DNA of 57,198 bases from Parasitella parasitica NRRL 2501 (Eukaryota > Fungi > Mucoromycota). Of the stretch, positions 12,118 to 26,784 are shown piece by piece (positions within the stretch are counted from its first letter, which is position 1; each line of letters starts with the position of its first letter). Where the stretch lies: assembly GCA_025201805.1 (NCBI GenBank), contig MU619302.1, forward strand, positions 66,770 through 123,967. Direction: 5' to 3'. The translations under genes and the position numbers were made by a program. The notes beneath the pieces are model-generated. The model had not been told where the DNA came from, did no database searches, and saw only the letters and a list, made by a program, of their open reading frames with translations.

Positions 12118-13530
12118 TTGTATTTTCAAATCAAACTCACAAAATATTTGGGGGCACCTACAAAATTAAAAAATAAATTCACAAAAAAATGATTTAGACA
12201 ATCTCACAAAAAAAATTGTGGATTATAATCATACTCTATGCATGTTGGCTTAGCATATCTCTATATAGATATACTTCGTTCTTCACTTAGCATCTATACC
12301 ACTTAGTTTTTTTGGTATCATAAAATCATTTCTTTATATTTAATCTATCATGCATAAGAACCTTCAATGCAACATCACACATAAAACTGTGGAAACCCGA
12401 GAGAAAATCTGCTTTGATCATTTTATGGGTTTTATGTCAGCAAAAGAAATCTGTCAAAAATATCGAATTGCTAACATATCCTTGATCGGTTTCGTAGAAC
12501 TGACTCCGTTAAATACCGTCCTCGGGGAGGCCCACGAAAATGTAAAGATTCAGTAAATCCACTCTGAATTTTTAAGGAATGTAATTGACGAAGAAGATGA
12601 GCGAAATATTTTGACATTAAAGCAACTGCAGCAAAGACTCATTGACGAGTTCCCAGAAAAATTTCCTTCAAAAAATGCAATTGGGATTTCTACAATCCAA
12701 AAACATATAACTCAGAAGCTGTGCTTGACCCTCAGGAGAACATCGCCAGTGGAGGAAATACAAACAACTGAAAGAATAGCAAAAGAGCGAAAAGATTACT
12801 GCATTGGCTTTTCGCTCAAGGGTATTAATTACATGACAAACTGTATTTTTGTTGATGAAAGTGGATTTAATGCTTGTATGGTACTCGGACGTACAAGGTC
12901 AGCCAAAGGAAAGAAGGCCCATGTAATCACAAAGACGAAAAGAGGCAAGAACATTTCAATCGTTGGTGCTATTTCAGCAAAGCGGGTTGAATCTTTACAA
13001 GCTGTTATGATAGATGGGTCTACAAACAGGTTTATCTTTGCTGAATTCATCAAGCAGCTGTTGGAATGGGTTGATTAAGATTACCCACATCAAGAATTCT
13101 ATTTTATTATGGATAATGTAAATTTCACAAAAGTCCTATTGTGCAAGATCTTTTTAAACACTTGAAACATAGCTGCCATATTTTGCCACCGTATTCTCCT
13201 ATGCTAAATCCTATAGAAACTAGCTTCAACAAATTGAAAAACTTTGTTAGAAGGAACCCAAAGGAACTATCTTGGAGCTCATTAAGGAGGCAGAGAAGAA
13301 AATAACGCCTCAAGACTGTGAAGGATGGGTCCATCATTGTGTTAATAATGTCAATAGACGTATTGCTTGAGAAGATCTCACATTTGAAAATTAATGTTAT
13401 ATTTTATTGAATAAAATGATTTTCTTTATCAAAGTTGGTTACTTTTAAATACTGTCGGTTCGATAACTAAATTTTTGTGAGATTGACTTGGTGCCCCCAA
13501 ATATTTCGTGAGTTTGATTTGAAAATACCA
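12118..13530 (+). mobile_element. Tc1/mariner (IS630-like) DNA transposon, decayed
   Basis: 41-bp TIRs at 12118-12158 and 13490-13530 (2 mismatches), flanked by TA on both sides (12116-12117 and 13531-13532). Confidence 0.93.
12350..13370 (+). pseudogene. DD34E transposase pseudogene
   Basis: CIFVDESGF, FIMDNVNFH and LPPYSPMLNPIE, with 34 residues between D and E. Stop at 13076-13078 plus frameshifts. Confidence 0.9.
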
Positions 13531-16500
13531 TACATCTGTCGGAAAGGACACTCCGATCTGTAGCTATTTAGCGATTGATGCAATGAGAAAGCATTTTGCT
13601 TGATATATATAATCTCAACCTTTATTAAGATTCAACTTATGTAAAGTGTATGTTCTCTACTACCGGGTTACTGTTTCTGTATTGACCAGATTTATGGTGA
13701 TGAAATGAATCTATCTATATATATACAGCCATCAAGCGGTGTACAGTTTACTTAAAATAATCAACAAGGAGATGCAAAAGGAAAACGCCCAAACAATAAT
13801 ATTTATCCTTTTTTATTTTTTTAAATTATTGTCAAGTATTTGTTGGTAACAGATAGAATCATCAGCGAGACACTTGCTCGTATAGAAATAGAGACTATGT
13901 AGCGATATCTCCTAAGAACAGGAAGGCATCGTTTTCTCCTTAATACAACATTGCAACTAGATAAAAGCTAAAAGCATTCATGCAAACCTATTCATCTGCT
14001 ACTCCTCTGCTACCCCTCAATTATGTATATCTGTGCGTGTATCACACATTACATTCATTCATTTGCTATTACTACTATTAATAATAGCATTCAATTAGTG
14101 TGATGATAATCGCACTTTCTGAAAATAAACAAATGCACTATATTTTTTGCATGTATCGTGATGATTACATGCTTTTGCTGATACATGCAACAGTATCAAA
14201 CAATTGCGTGTCTTTGATAATCAACGTGTTGACTTTAGAAACTTTTCCCAAGGTGTTCACAAGTGATTCGTAGAGACAATGTTGAAATTCGGAGCTACAG
14301 ACATTTCGAATACAAAAAATGTATACATGGTAATAATATTCAATTGTGTTTATTTGGTTTAGGGTATATGCTAAAAGCGTGCACTATCATCTTGGTATAA
14401 TGCAAAATTTCCATGCTATTAATCTATGATACACATTATCCTTGTAATACCCTTTATGTAGTGCATTCTTGCCTAATGCAATGTAATCATGTAAAACGCC
14501 ATTCCGTGCACATTTTTTAATTGGGGTTTCTCTCGGATCAGAGGAGGGTGTCTATACGAGTTAGTACCATCATCCGTATACAAGCAAGGGGCGTTGAGAA
14601 GAAAATCAAGAATACGCTGATAGTATGTAATAGGTGAATTTAGGATTCTAGGGTAAAAAAAATAAAAAAAACGCCCATAAACCGTTGACTAATGTCTCAA
14701 GACTCCTATAGAGTCCCTTAACATCGCCGAATAATCTGTACATAGGACAGTTGCCATCCCTTGTCTGGTTGACAAAAAGTAGGATAAGCTCATTTATCAT
14801 CATGTCAGTGTGTCATCTTCAATGGAAGGAGTGCGCCTCCCTCTGTCCCTTTGTCCTGATGAGATAAATCTACACATAACGCATTCAGCATATAAATTTA
14901 CTGTAGAGTACTAGCTGGACGTGATAATGACTATGTGGCGTGTTCCATATAAAGATAAAATAAGGCAAACAAGTAAGCATACAGTGCAATTGCAACTCGG
15001 AGAAAACAATTAATTTTGTCAATAGTGATGACAGCCTAAATATTAGATCAATAGATTTGTGCTAGTTAAATATAACAGTGCGTTATTTTCTTAAATGCAA
15101 ACTACCCAGCCCAGAGAGGTTAGTAAAAAGTCATTTTTCTTTTTCTGCTGCTACATAGACCATGAGATCCCTTTTGCAAATCGATTTGGTGTAGGGTCAT
15201 GACCACTCTCTACACCAAATGCACTAATTGAGCTGATTAGGAAACTCCTTAACTTCCTCTACTTCTCCTTTTGTTTATAATTTAGAGCTTTACTCAAAAA
15301 TAATGTAATATCTGTGCCTTTTGTGTCTCTATGGCCTCCTTCGTTTATAGATGAATTACATCGATAAAGATGTTCTTAGACGCAATTTTTGAAGGGGGAG
15401 GTCAAGTACCTTTGTTTTGGACATAAAAGGGGTACTGTTAATCGTACGATACATGTAATGTGGCGAAAACTCTATATTGATCTTTATTTTGAATTAAACC
15501 ATTGAAATGATATTTTCATCATAATGGCGATTTTTGGCCATATTGCTGCTGAATACTTTGTTGTTGTTGCTGTGATTACATAACATCAGCTGCCATTTCA
15601 TAAACAGTTAAAAACGAGGCTCCTCATGGTTTTATGTAACAGTAAATACTGCATTTCACTTGTCAATGACGATGACAATAACAAAATCGGAAGACTCTCC
15701 CGTTATTTTCATAAAAGGGAAAGGGGGAGGGGTCGGTGCTCACAAATGAAGAAAGATCACAACATGTACCTCAAAGGCTTATCTAACCAGTATTAGCTAA
15801 ATACAGCTTCTATATATTTGTACGGAGGCAATACTATGAGCGAGGGAGGCTTCTTAGATTCTACCTGTACATGCTTACAATAAATTAAATGCAACATGCA
15901 ATGTCAGCACAGAAAGTACAGTTACCATGGCAGCCAGGAGCAGAATCAAGTCAACCTGAACACACTAAGGTAGTATCGCAAGTTTATTTATTCAGCATGA
16001 GCTTTATATATCAAAATAGGTCAGCTAATTAATTTGTAAATTGTTAACAAGTACGTGTACAGCACGGGCGTTTAACTATCCATTTCCTGTGGAATTATAT
16101 CAAGGTAATAAAGCTTGATGAGGTTAATGATAATGAGTGTTATATACATTGTATCACATGTGTATATAACGGCAAGATCTTGCTCAATCCAAAGGCAATC
16201 GTAGAGGAAAGAAGAAGGCTTGAAAAAGCAAGTGTAAATGTGTAACAAGATCAAAAGTGTATTTGAGTAAAGGAGGGCTATGCCGGGTAGACTAAAACAG
16301 GCATTCAGTTATAATACAATTGTTGATAAATATATACGGACATGCGGGATAATATTCGTGTATACTTGGTTTGTTTAGTTGTGATAAATATATAAATTTA
16401 TAAATGATTGTAGTACAAGTCAAACTTTAGAAACATGTTGAACTGTTTGTCAGACACGCCCAAAAGTGTGTTGTTTAAATCAAGACATAATATAAATCTG

Positions 16501-17732
16501 TGCACGGTGATATCGATTTTTCAACATGTCAATTACGAGTGTGATATATAGCATCAATTGACGGGACTGATCCGCTATGATAATTATAAAAAAAAAATAA
16601 AAAAAGTCAATTGTGTGTAGTTTGATAAATTTGAACAACCCACTCGACATTCATGCTTTGATCGACATGTTTATTAATAAATGAGATGTCTTGAAGAAAG
16701 ATAGTGGATGGGGGGAGGGAGATGCTGACAAAAAAGGAGAAAGAGGTGAACAGACAATATATATAATAATCGGAGTACACTTGGCTTTCTTCAGGCAAGG
16801 ATTATTTTTGCTACCATAACCACTGTTGCAACCACGCATTCAGCATGTGAAACATGGGTACACGATCGATGACAAGCTATCCAATCTTTTTCTTGAAAAA
16901 AAAAGGAGTAAAAAATTATGACTGATTAATAGCCGAGATTGCTCAAATATTAAGGATTATAATGTATGATGTAGGGGCTTATAATGTGTATAATGTGTAC
17001 GCAATGTGTATCTGTATGTATATGTTTGTGTAGATATGCGTTGTATACGGTGATGATAATCAGCAAAGGAAAGAAGAGAGCACGGGATGATGATTGCGTT
17101 TGTGCACATTTATTAATCTACACATCTGATATAAAATTCATACAGGGAGCAATTACTGTGAAGAAGAAAAAAAGTAACTTTGTATGTCGTTTTACATACA
17201 CAGTTTAGTCGATCTTCCATCAACTTTAAATTGTTCAAGTGTACAGACTATCACTCCTTGAAATCACCCTCAATTAAGCCTAGGCTTCCCTTTTTAGTGG
17301 ATGTGTTTATACAAATCAAACATCTGTAAGTTTACGCGTTATCATTTTATATTGTATATTGTACACAGGAGTGCACACAAACTTTACTTTTTTGTTGTGC
17401 TCCATCCAGGGGTTTTTCTATAGGGAGCAAGAGCCAATATTAAACCATAGTGTAGTCATCTTAATAAAGCTTGTGTGCTGATCCAAAAAAGGCTTTAACT
17501 TTTTTTTCCCTTTTGTCTATAAATAATCGACAAGCTGAAATTTTACTGTTTATTCATCTTCCTTTCTCTTTCTATATACTTTATCTTCTGATTTTTTTCT
17601 GCACTGTTTATTGTCTTGACAACTAGCTTGCAAAAGAAAAATCATATACCAACAGCATTAACGAAGAAAAAAAAGCATACATAAATCATTACATATTCTA
17701 CTCTGTTAAACCACACATTTAAGCTATAAAAT

Positions 17733-18901
17733 ATGGAAATTTTGGAACTCGTTCACCAAGAAACAACAACCAGTTTAGAGAGACCTTTCGAATGCACTTT
17801 CAATGACTGCAAAAAGACATTTGGTAACTTTTTTTTATGCAATTCCAAAATTCAGCGTATTGACCTATCAAAATCCTATTTAGGAAGACGATCGGATTTA
17901 GTAAGACACTCACGTATCCACACCAACGAAAGGTAATTGTCAAGCTGCACTACAAACAAAATTACAGCAAAAAGCTGAAACAAATTTTATTTTAGACCAT
18001 TCAAATGTCGGGAGCCAAGCTGTGGCAAAAGCTTCATTCAGGTAAAATTCATTTTAGCTTGGTTATAGACGAAATCACTAACATACAAACAGCGCTCGGC
18101 CTTGACAGTGCATATGCGTACTCATTCTGGCGAAAGGCCGCATGTATGCGAGTTTCCTCTCTGCAACAAAAGTTTTAGCGACAGCAGCTCGCTTGCAAGG
18201 CACAGGTAAATATTTACACATTAAACATCCAATCTAATTTCTAATTTTTTTATTCTCTTCATAGACGTACTCATACTGGTAAAAGACCTTATAGATGCCC
18301 GTTCGACGGCTGCTCAAAGAGCTTTGTTCGCAAAACAATTTTAACCAAGCATATGAAAGCTGATCATGCAACAAATGGCAGAAGACCTTCTGTTCAATGG
18401 CAGCCCTTCATTGAGGAAAGACGTAGAGTCATGCTTTTGCAGCAGCAGCAGCAGCAACAACATAATAATCAACAAAATCCCATGCCATCTTGTGCTTGCA
18501 CAGATTGCTATAGCAACATAAACAACTCCTTGGTAACAAACACATCTCCACCCTATTGGTCGCCTCCTACGCCAGTTTTATCTGTTTACGAGAGCCCTTG
18601 TTTGAGTCAGGATGATGCTTCAAGCAGCAGTAGCCCTTCCTCTCCTTCTAGTATATCTTGGCCCTATTCATCGAATGCTGCACCTTATCAGCATTATTAC
18701 CAGCAACAGCATCATCAGCAACAACACCAACAAAAGCAGTTATCAAATTGGCCACCTGCTGCAGTTTGCTATGACCGTGATAACGTGGTATTACCCAGTT
18801 TATCAAACCTATTAATCCCTGTTAAGCAAGAATGGCCTACTTCTGCTTCTACTTCATCGTCACCAAGAAGAGACAGTGGCGTTTCATTATTCTACTCGTA
18901 A
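17733..18901 (+). CDS. C2H2 zinc-finger transcription factor (4 fingers, Q/S/P-rich tail), 5 exons
   Basis: Spliced fingers [44 protein letters not shown] and YRCPFDGC..H, with canonical linkers. Introns GT-AG. Confidence 0.92.
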
Positions 18902-20223
18902 TGTATATATCCTTCTTTATACCTTATACCATTTTTTTTTATCTATTATTCCTTTCATTTTTAAATGAAAAAAAAATACTAGTCTATATTCCCTTTCACG
19001 AAAAAAGCAAATCAGAAATCAAGAGCTTAAAAAAATACATCATTTTACTGCACCTTACATATCCTCCCTCCCCCCAACAAACCACAAAAAACTTTCGACA
19101 TCCTCCTTAATTTCATTACGATAACTTATTCCTTCAAATGAATTCAAGAGATTTTCCCGCACCTATTCTCCTCCCCCTTTCTATTCGACTTTATGTTACA
19201 CTTTATGCCTTTCTTGCTCAAACCATACAATTATCTATGCCTTTATTTTTTTATGTCCTCAAATTTACATGCTTTTTCATTGAAAACAACAACAATATCC
19301 GCTCTTGATCTTCTATTTCCTCCTCTTCCCTTACCAACTTCTCATCAATAATTGAATAAAAAAAAAAACTAAAAAAAAACTACTGGTGTGCTAAAAATAC
19401 TGCATTTTTACAATTTTGGAGTTGGTTCCACCATTTGTCAATGCTTGTTTAACCTTCCAAAAAGAATTGAATATCCGGGAATAGACTTTAATGCTTGTGC
19501 GTCGGCGTCAATATTGAATAAAATTACATGACTACTAAAGAACTGAATAAATAATGGGGTTGATAGTTGTACCGAAAATTCTATGTTTTGTCTCGATTAA
19601 TTCAACTTGCTAAGGATATTCATTTGTAAATAATGGTCATTCTTTTCTACATTGACGAACACTCAACATTTCAAATTGTTTGTATCACTATAAAATCCTG
19701 TAATTCGCATGAATTGTATCAATGTTGAGAAAGAGCCAAGGCCAGAGAGAAAAATATTGCTCGAAATTATTCGAAATATAGGGTAAGATTTGGTTATGAA
19801 ATGGATAATACATTGATCCTGGCACAACGATTTAAAATACTTAACTAGTAATTTTAATATATCATCGACAATCTTTAGTGTCGAACCTCACTTCTTTACA
19901 CTGCCTCTTTGTGGGAAAAGCCTAGGTGAGCCGCGTTGTTAATAAGTAATCAGATGTTGTTTAAAGGGAAAGCACTTGGTCATTTTGTCAATGTTTTTGA
20001 ATGCTGCTGTAGTGGTTTGTGCAAAAAATTTGCTTTTTTAATTATACTTGTCGGCAAGAAGTAGAAAAAGCCATTTTAAATAGCATGTTTAATAGGTCAA
20101 CAAGGTGAAAAGAAATAGCCTTTCATGCTTTGCAATAGAATATTTTTAATAGCCAAATTTCTTAAAGATACGATCAGTGCAATAGTATCGTTCAATGTTT
20201 TTCAATACTCTTTCTTAATTAGT

Positions 20224-22731
20224 TTACATATTCTGAATATCGGATAGTTGTGTGTCGATTGATTTCAACTCATATCCTACAACTGTAGTAAGAGTATCGT
20301 GTGTTTTGAGTGATGAATCCTGTAGTTTTTCATTTAATTGATGCTTGAGCTTTTCCAAAAGTAGTCCTAGATCAGTTTCTTGTGGAATCACAAACCATTT
20401 TAATGTTAATCCCTATTACACAAACAAGCACATGCAACGCTTACTTTGATTATTTTTTACCAAGGCTAGATCTTGTTCTAACACACCGAGTTCCTTTTTT
20501 GCAGCTTTTAATTCATCAGTAGCAATCTTGATACCCTCTCGAGGATCTCGGCGTTCTTTCAGTTTTGTCAAAACAGAATTTGCCATTTTAATTTTCATAG
20601 ATGCTGCTCCTGCTTTCTCAAATTGTCCATTTTCCACGGCAATGTTCTTGAGTTTGTCAAGACTTTTAATTTTATTAGTGATTTTAGTAGTGTCTTCTTC
20701 CAAATCAATCCATGCTTGCTCGCACTGATAAATCTTATCTTGAATTAATCTGATTTCATGATTTTTACGGTTGATTGATTCTCGGGATCTATTTAATTTA
20801 ATGCTATGTGCACAAAACAAAACGTTATTATCTTACCTCCTTATCATTGCTTCATGCTGCGCTACAGTTTGGCCTCGTTTCTCAGTCAATAAATGTAATA
20901 TATCTCCCAAAATGCTTTCCTCTATTTTACTAGCGTGCGCCCTTTCTGTGGCCTGCTCCATTTGTGTCGTCAGCTGACGCAGCTCTTGCTCGTTCAATTG
21001 TTGTGTTGTACGTTGACTTTCTATATCCTTTTCCATCTTTGCGTCTTGATCCTCCAGTAAAACTAATTCGTGTTGTATTTCTTCTTGACGTGCCTCGATA
21101 GCCTTTTTCTCAGTGTTGCTCTCGTCAATTTCATCAGCAAAAATGGCTAACTTATCCTTGATACCAGCTTCCACATCTTTCAGTTCGTCGCTTACTGTTA
21201 CCTGTTCCTCCTCCAGCTGTTTTAACTTTTGCCGCAACTCCTCTATGTTGGACTAGCCCAAAAGTTTAACATGGCTCATTCTGTAATAACCCATTTTTTT
21301 ATGTACCTGAATAGCTGTTAATTTTGATTCCAATGTCTTTTTCCTCTCTGCTTCGTCTTGCACAGCTTCCTCCATACGCTCATCCAGATCTGCGTGATTT
21401 TGATTCCACATTCCTAAATCGAAAGCAATTTCTGACTTCTCGCTCTCAATGTTGGCTCGCTTCTGTTCCATTTTTTCGACGGTATCTTTATACAAACGAT
21501 CTTTATCGGCTATAAATACTGCAATTCGACGCTGGCGCTCTTCCTTGACTATTTGGAAACATTCTGCCATATTTTCTGCGTCTTGCGACTCTTGCTGTAA
21601 AACACTAATCAGCTGTTGCCATTCTTTTTTGCCCTGTTCTTCAAAATTACGAGATGAAAGCTGCGAGTAGTCTTTTTCCATTTTTTCTTTCCGTATCGCA
21701 TATTTGTGTGCTGCTTCAAAGTCCTCTGAATCCAAGGCCTGCTGCTTTTTGTACTCGATATTCTCAATTTTGTCTTTTATCTATTCAGCATTATCTTTTA
21801 GTCTAGATGTTTGCGTTGATCCGCGAGTTTTCACGCTGTATTCACATACCTCATGCACCATTTTATGATACTTGATTTGATTCTCGTAATAATTTTTTAT
21901 TTGCCGTATCTGCTCTTCTCTTTTCTTTGTTGTTTTCTGCCAGCGAGTCGAGGCTTGTAAAAATTGTGTTTCTTTATCTGGTTTAATGATTGATGTAGAC
22001 GTGACGAATATCTCTGGTTCATCCATCAAAGAAGAAGATGTACTGCTATTGCTTTGTTTCAGAGTAGCTACATGCAACAGTATTGTGAGCTTTTTTTTTT
22101 AACTGTGAACTCGGTTTTCCTCACCATGGTTTATAAAATCAAAAGCAGAATTTATCATAGGAGATCGTCCCTCACTCTGTAATACGGAAAGTGAGTCATT
22201 GGAGGCGCTTTGTAGTAATTTGTCGTTGCTTTTATTCGAAATGCTTGGTTTCTTATCCAGAAATGCAGCAGGATAGCTATCTAGTAACGAGAAATAACTG
22301 GATATGTCTTCTTTTTTTCCACTTTTGTCTGCTCTAGTGCTTGATGGATGATAATCGTTGTCAATATAATCCTCTATGATGAACGACGACGTAAATTTGA
22401 GGGGTGGATGCTTTGCCACATGAGAAGCTTGATTTTTCTCGTCGTATTGATTAAGAAACGAAAATGGAGACTTGAAATTCTGTTTTACTGTGCTATTGCT
22501 CCGTAAAAAAGCTTCTTTGTTTGGTGAGGATGTCGATCTGCCTCCATCATCACTGCTATCGAATTGAGTTTGGTTCTCTGAGCTTTCTTCATCGTTAGAG
22601 GGTAGTTTTTTCAGGGCTTGAACAGACTGTTGTAATGATTTCGAATATTTGTTCTTTTTAGGGTATTTTCCTGCAATGAAAGTTCGATTGTTGTTGGGTT
22701 TAGAATCATTTATAAAGCCAAAAGAAGACAT
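20224..22731 (-). CDS. Long coiled-coil protein with UVR-like motifs and a disordered N-terminus, multi-exon
   Basis: Chain of same-strand ORFs separated by GT-AG introns. ATG at 22731; the last exon ends in TAA at 20224. Motifs ALDSEDFEAAH and AVENGQFEKAG. Confidence 0.75.
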
Positions 22732-23146
22732 CAATAATATGAATATTTTATCAGGGAAGGAAAGAGGGGGTAAAACAGCATAACGTGGTTTTAATGACTT
22801 TCGTACTTTTATCAACAGATCATATGTTTACTTTATAGCGTGATTCAGAGGAAATCTAATCTTTTTTTTTTTCGAAATAAATTCGTCGCTCATCCCACCA
22901 CCCACCTATATCAAATCAAAAATCCCCAATTCCTTAAACTTTTCAATATCCATTTGAAGACAACCTTTCTAAAAGAAAAAAATAAATAAAAAATAGTCTG
23001 AAAATTCAAAATTCAAAATTGTGGTGTGTGAGGTTTGAAGTCCAAACAGGGCAAAATTTAATAATGGTAAAACTTTATCATGCCGTAAAAGTCGGGCAAA
23101 AAGGGTAGGGTTAGGCTGGAAGTTGTATCACTACTGCTTCATATTT

Positions 23147-24800
23147 TGCAAAGATTTTAAAGCTTGTAAATATATGCCTTAAAGCGTTTAGACTGTGTAG
23201 CATTTATTTCATTCAGAAATGAGGGAATATAAAAAACATTTTTAGGCCATACAATAAAGTATCTCATCTATCGATTCATATTGAGATATACCCAGTTGGC
23301 ATATTAAAAGCATGCTTTGCTTCTCAATTGAAAATAGGTGGTGCACTCATTTACAGCGACAAAATAGTAGTAGGCTGTTTATTCAATCTCAGCAGTATGT
23401 TTCAATTTGGCCAAAACCAAAATCGAGAAATTTTTGCATACTTAATTGCTAGATATCTCAAAAAATTGATAGATATATTGGATATGTGCACTAAATGTTT
23501 AATAACAAAAATTAAATTCTGCATCTAACCATGCAAATTACAAGGCTATAAAAAGATTTTTTTTCATTACCAATTTTCAAATATTCAAAAAACGCCTTTT
23601 TTGATAGTTTTTGAGTGATAACAAGCATATTTTGAAATTATTCGGCTCTATAAAGTTGATCAAACAAATCAGCATGTCAATACCTACACATCGATACTTT
23701 ATTTACAACTGCAGCTTTATTACATCTGCCAAAAATCAAAATCTTGTCTCGACTAAAATGAATCTACAATTTTCCGGTCCTATACTTGGAGGGCCAAAAT
23801 GAAGCCATTCAAAAGGATAAAAATCAATTCCGTTTTTCGAGATTTTCTCGCTCAAAAATTGGTATTTTTTGACCAAACAAAAACCTTTCGGTAGCTATGT
23901 TGTAGCTCTATTTTTGTATTGCTATATCATGTATCTTTATATACCGTTTATTGCTCTAAAAGCGATGAAAATAAATTAAGCCTCTGCTAAAAACATATGC
24001 AAAAATATTTTTTTCTACACATCTATCTAAAAACTTATACATCTATTAGAGAATCAAATTTCAAAAAGAGTTTAATAATAACTCAAGCCAAAGTGTCTTA
24101 GTGGTTTGTCGAGAAACAGGTTGACCAAATTTACCGTAAAAAGACAAAATTGGCTTAAGCTTGTCGGATTTAAGCTTGACTACGACATATTCAAAACTAG
24201 TAGCTGTACCAAAACGTGCCTTATTACTTTACTTAAGAACTTGAACTTGATTTGGTTGCAAAATTTGAGACTTGTTATAGGACCTTAAACCATATATGTT
24301 AAAGTCTGCAAAACAAAATCTCGTTTTTGTAGTATCTCGACAACAAATATAGATATTAAAATTCGGAATACGTGATGATATACAGCTATTGTACTTGTAC
24401 CATGGTGTATTCTCAGCTTGGATCCCAAATCCGTACCTGAAAATGACCCTGAAAATCGAATATGAGATTTAGGGCCCAAACATAGCAAGATCTGAAAAAT
24501 GATCAGGAATAAATGAGACTTAGATTTGTTGTATAATAATCTGAAAAAAAAATTTTTTGGCTGAAGATTATGTGTTTGTTGCTTAATAAGTGTAAAGATA
24601 TCAGTGATGCAAATTATGCCTTCAAGTGGGGGAAAAGGTAATATCTCAGATTTGGTGGTATTTATTTCATCCTAAAAATGAAGGCATGTAAAAATGGTCT
24701 TTGATAATGGATTACACAGTATCTCAGCTATTAATTCATGTTATGTCCAAATTATTTATATATTAGGATCATGCTTTGCTTCACAATTGAAAATAGGTCC
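23147..24800. repeat. Diverged ~200-bp direct repeat pair (~23147-23340 and ~24591-24800), probable old TE remnant
   Basis: Collinear shared blocks TATGCCTT, ATTTATTTCAT, AGTATCTCA and CATGCTTTGCTTC(T/A)CAATTGAAAATAGGT (28/29). Confidence 0.6.
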
Positions 24801-25572
24801 CTGTGGTGTATCTGAATTTAAATATACTAAACCAGGCTATAAGGTTGAATCTGCTACGCGAGCTTGTTATGCATTAAATGGCTGTAAGCTATATACTTAG
24901 ATAAACATAACTTCTAATTTTAGGACAAAATTTTATTTATGAACATCTTAATATTATGCAGTAAACTTGGTATTTGGTTAATCCTGTCAATGGTTAATTT
25001 TGAGAGACATAGATATTTACTGGAATCAGGATCATGTTCATCTGTTTTCGATTTAACAACAATAATAGATTATCATAAATGGTTCAAACAGCGTAATATA
25101 TTTACAAAATAATTTCTGGCGATTGCTTTCGGCCTAACGAACTGATTTGCTGCCAATACTTTTTCGATTCAAAGCCATGGTACGGTAATATTAATATTTG
25201 AAAATAGAAACACAACTTTACATGAAATCATGTTGATCTCTGTTGTCGTTACTATCGTATCTATGTAGTTGGATGATCTTCTCTTAATGCATTGTACGGT
25301 ACAACCCTGATGTATACAAGAAGTTTTGTTTGGCTTTTTCGTATCCTTATTTCAGGGCGAGAGGCTTGTTGTCTGGTTTACCCAATCACTTCAGGCAACT
25401 GTATCGACAAGGTTGCATGTATCAAGCATCCGCTATTATTACTGTGCTATACAATTACGCACGATTCACACATATACGTTACATTATCTCCCTGGTCACC
25501 CTCGTTTTTCTTTCTCTTCTTTTAATTTTCGCCTTTTTCTTTTAACAAAAGATATTTACATATACATATCGA

Positions 25573-26477
25573 ATGCATCATTTAATAACAACAGTCTTGA
25601 TCTGTTCATATATTATATCTTACACCCAAGCTTTCTCTCCGCACTTTCTTCAAAAACGCCAAGGTAATGCATTCCCATACCACATCTGTTGGACATAAAG
25701 TTTACTTAACACATTGCCAAATAGAATGTGATGGATTGCTGAGCTTTTGTTCACCACTTGCAAATTCAACTTGGTATCAGAATAACGAATACCAATTCGT
25801 TTGGAATAAAAAGTAAGCATCAGCTGCTGATAACAATTGATAAAAAAAAAACCATCCTAACTAAGTCTATGCAATATACAGCCATTCTTTTTTTATGTAT
25901 AATGTATGTAAGTGAAAATTCAACCTCTCTTATGTAATTTAATCATAGATACTGATATGGAGATCATTTAAGAGGAATCCAAGCTTTGATATACATCTAG
26001 TAACAGTATCGCCCACGCTTGAACGCAGAACTATCAAATCATGGTTTAACCTAACAAGCACAAATGATTCACTGGCAGTAAAAGTAACCAGCGATTGGTT
26101 TCCAACAACATTACCGAATAGTGCTTCCAACAAGACCTGGAATATGCATGTAATCCTGCTTGAACATAATCCACTTGAGCAATTGTCTGAACCCACCACA
26201 ATTGCACTAAATATAAACTCCAATGATACGCCTCATGTCGAAATGAAAGTAGTGCGTAAGTAGTAGCGTAGTATAATGACGAGATTATTCATGTATTTAA
26301 ACCATCTGTGACAGAGCTGCCTCCTGTCCCTGTTATCATCCACAAGAAAGTGTTTCCTTCGCAGTGGAAACTAGCCGTTATCATTGTTGCCATTGCCATT
26401 GTGATTATAGCAGTTTGTATCATTGTTTGGTTGTATAAGAACATGCAGAAACAGAAAAAGAAAGCAGCAGCAGCAGA

Positions 26478-26508
<31 letters not shown>

Positions 26509-26766
26509 TCGGGACAACTAGATCAAAACAATAACAAAGTGCAGAGTTCTATTTTAAGCACACCAGACGCGATGATGATCGCTGATACATTTCGTCAAGT
26601 AATGTCGAACACATCAGATATAGATAAACATAGAAACCAAGTAGGCGAAGATTTGCTAAAGCGTCAATTGGAATCAGAAGGAACATCGGTATCTGAGGTT
26701 GAAAGAAGAACATCTTCAACTAAACAGAAGACGAAAAAGTTGCTGGTGTCTCCTTTCTCTAAATAA
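25573..26766 (+). CDS. Type I membrane protein (signal peptide, N-glycosylation sequons, single TM helix), 5 exons
   Basis: MHHLITTVLICSYIISYTQA signal-like start. A 26-nt exon at 25882-25907 keeps frame. TM LAVIIVAIAIVIIAVCIIVWLY is followed by a basic cluster. Confidence 0.8.
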
Positions 26767-26784
26767 AACTAAAAATAATCAAAA

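Noticed and set aside
23102-23115. AGGGTAGGGTTAGG as a telomeric repeat or Homol E box
   Set aside because: Barely two units and not near a ribosomal protein gene; compatible with chance.
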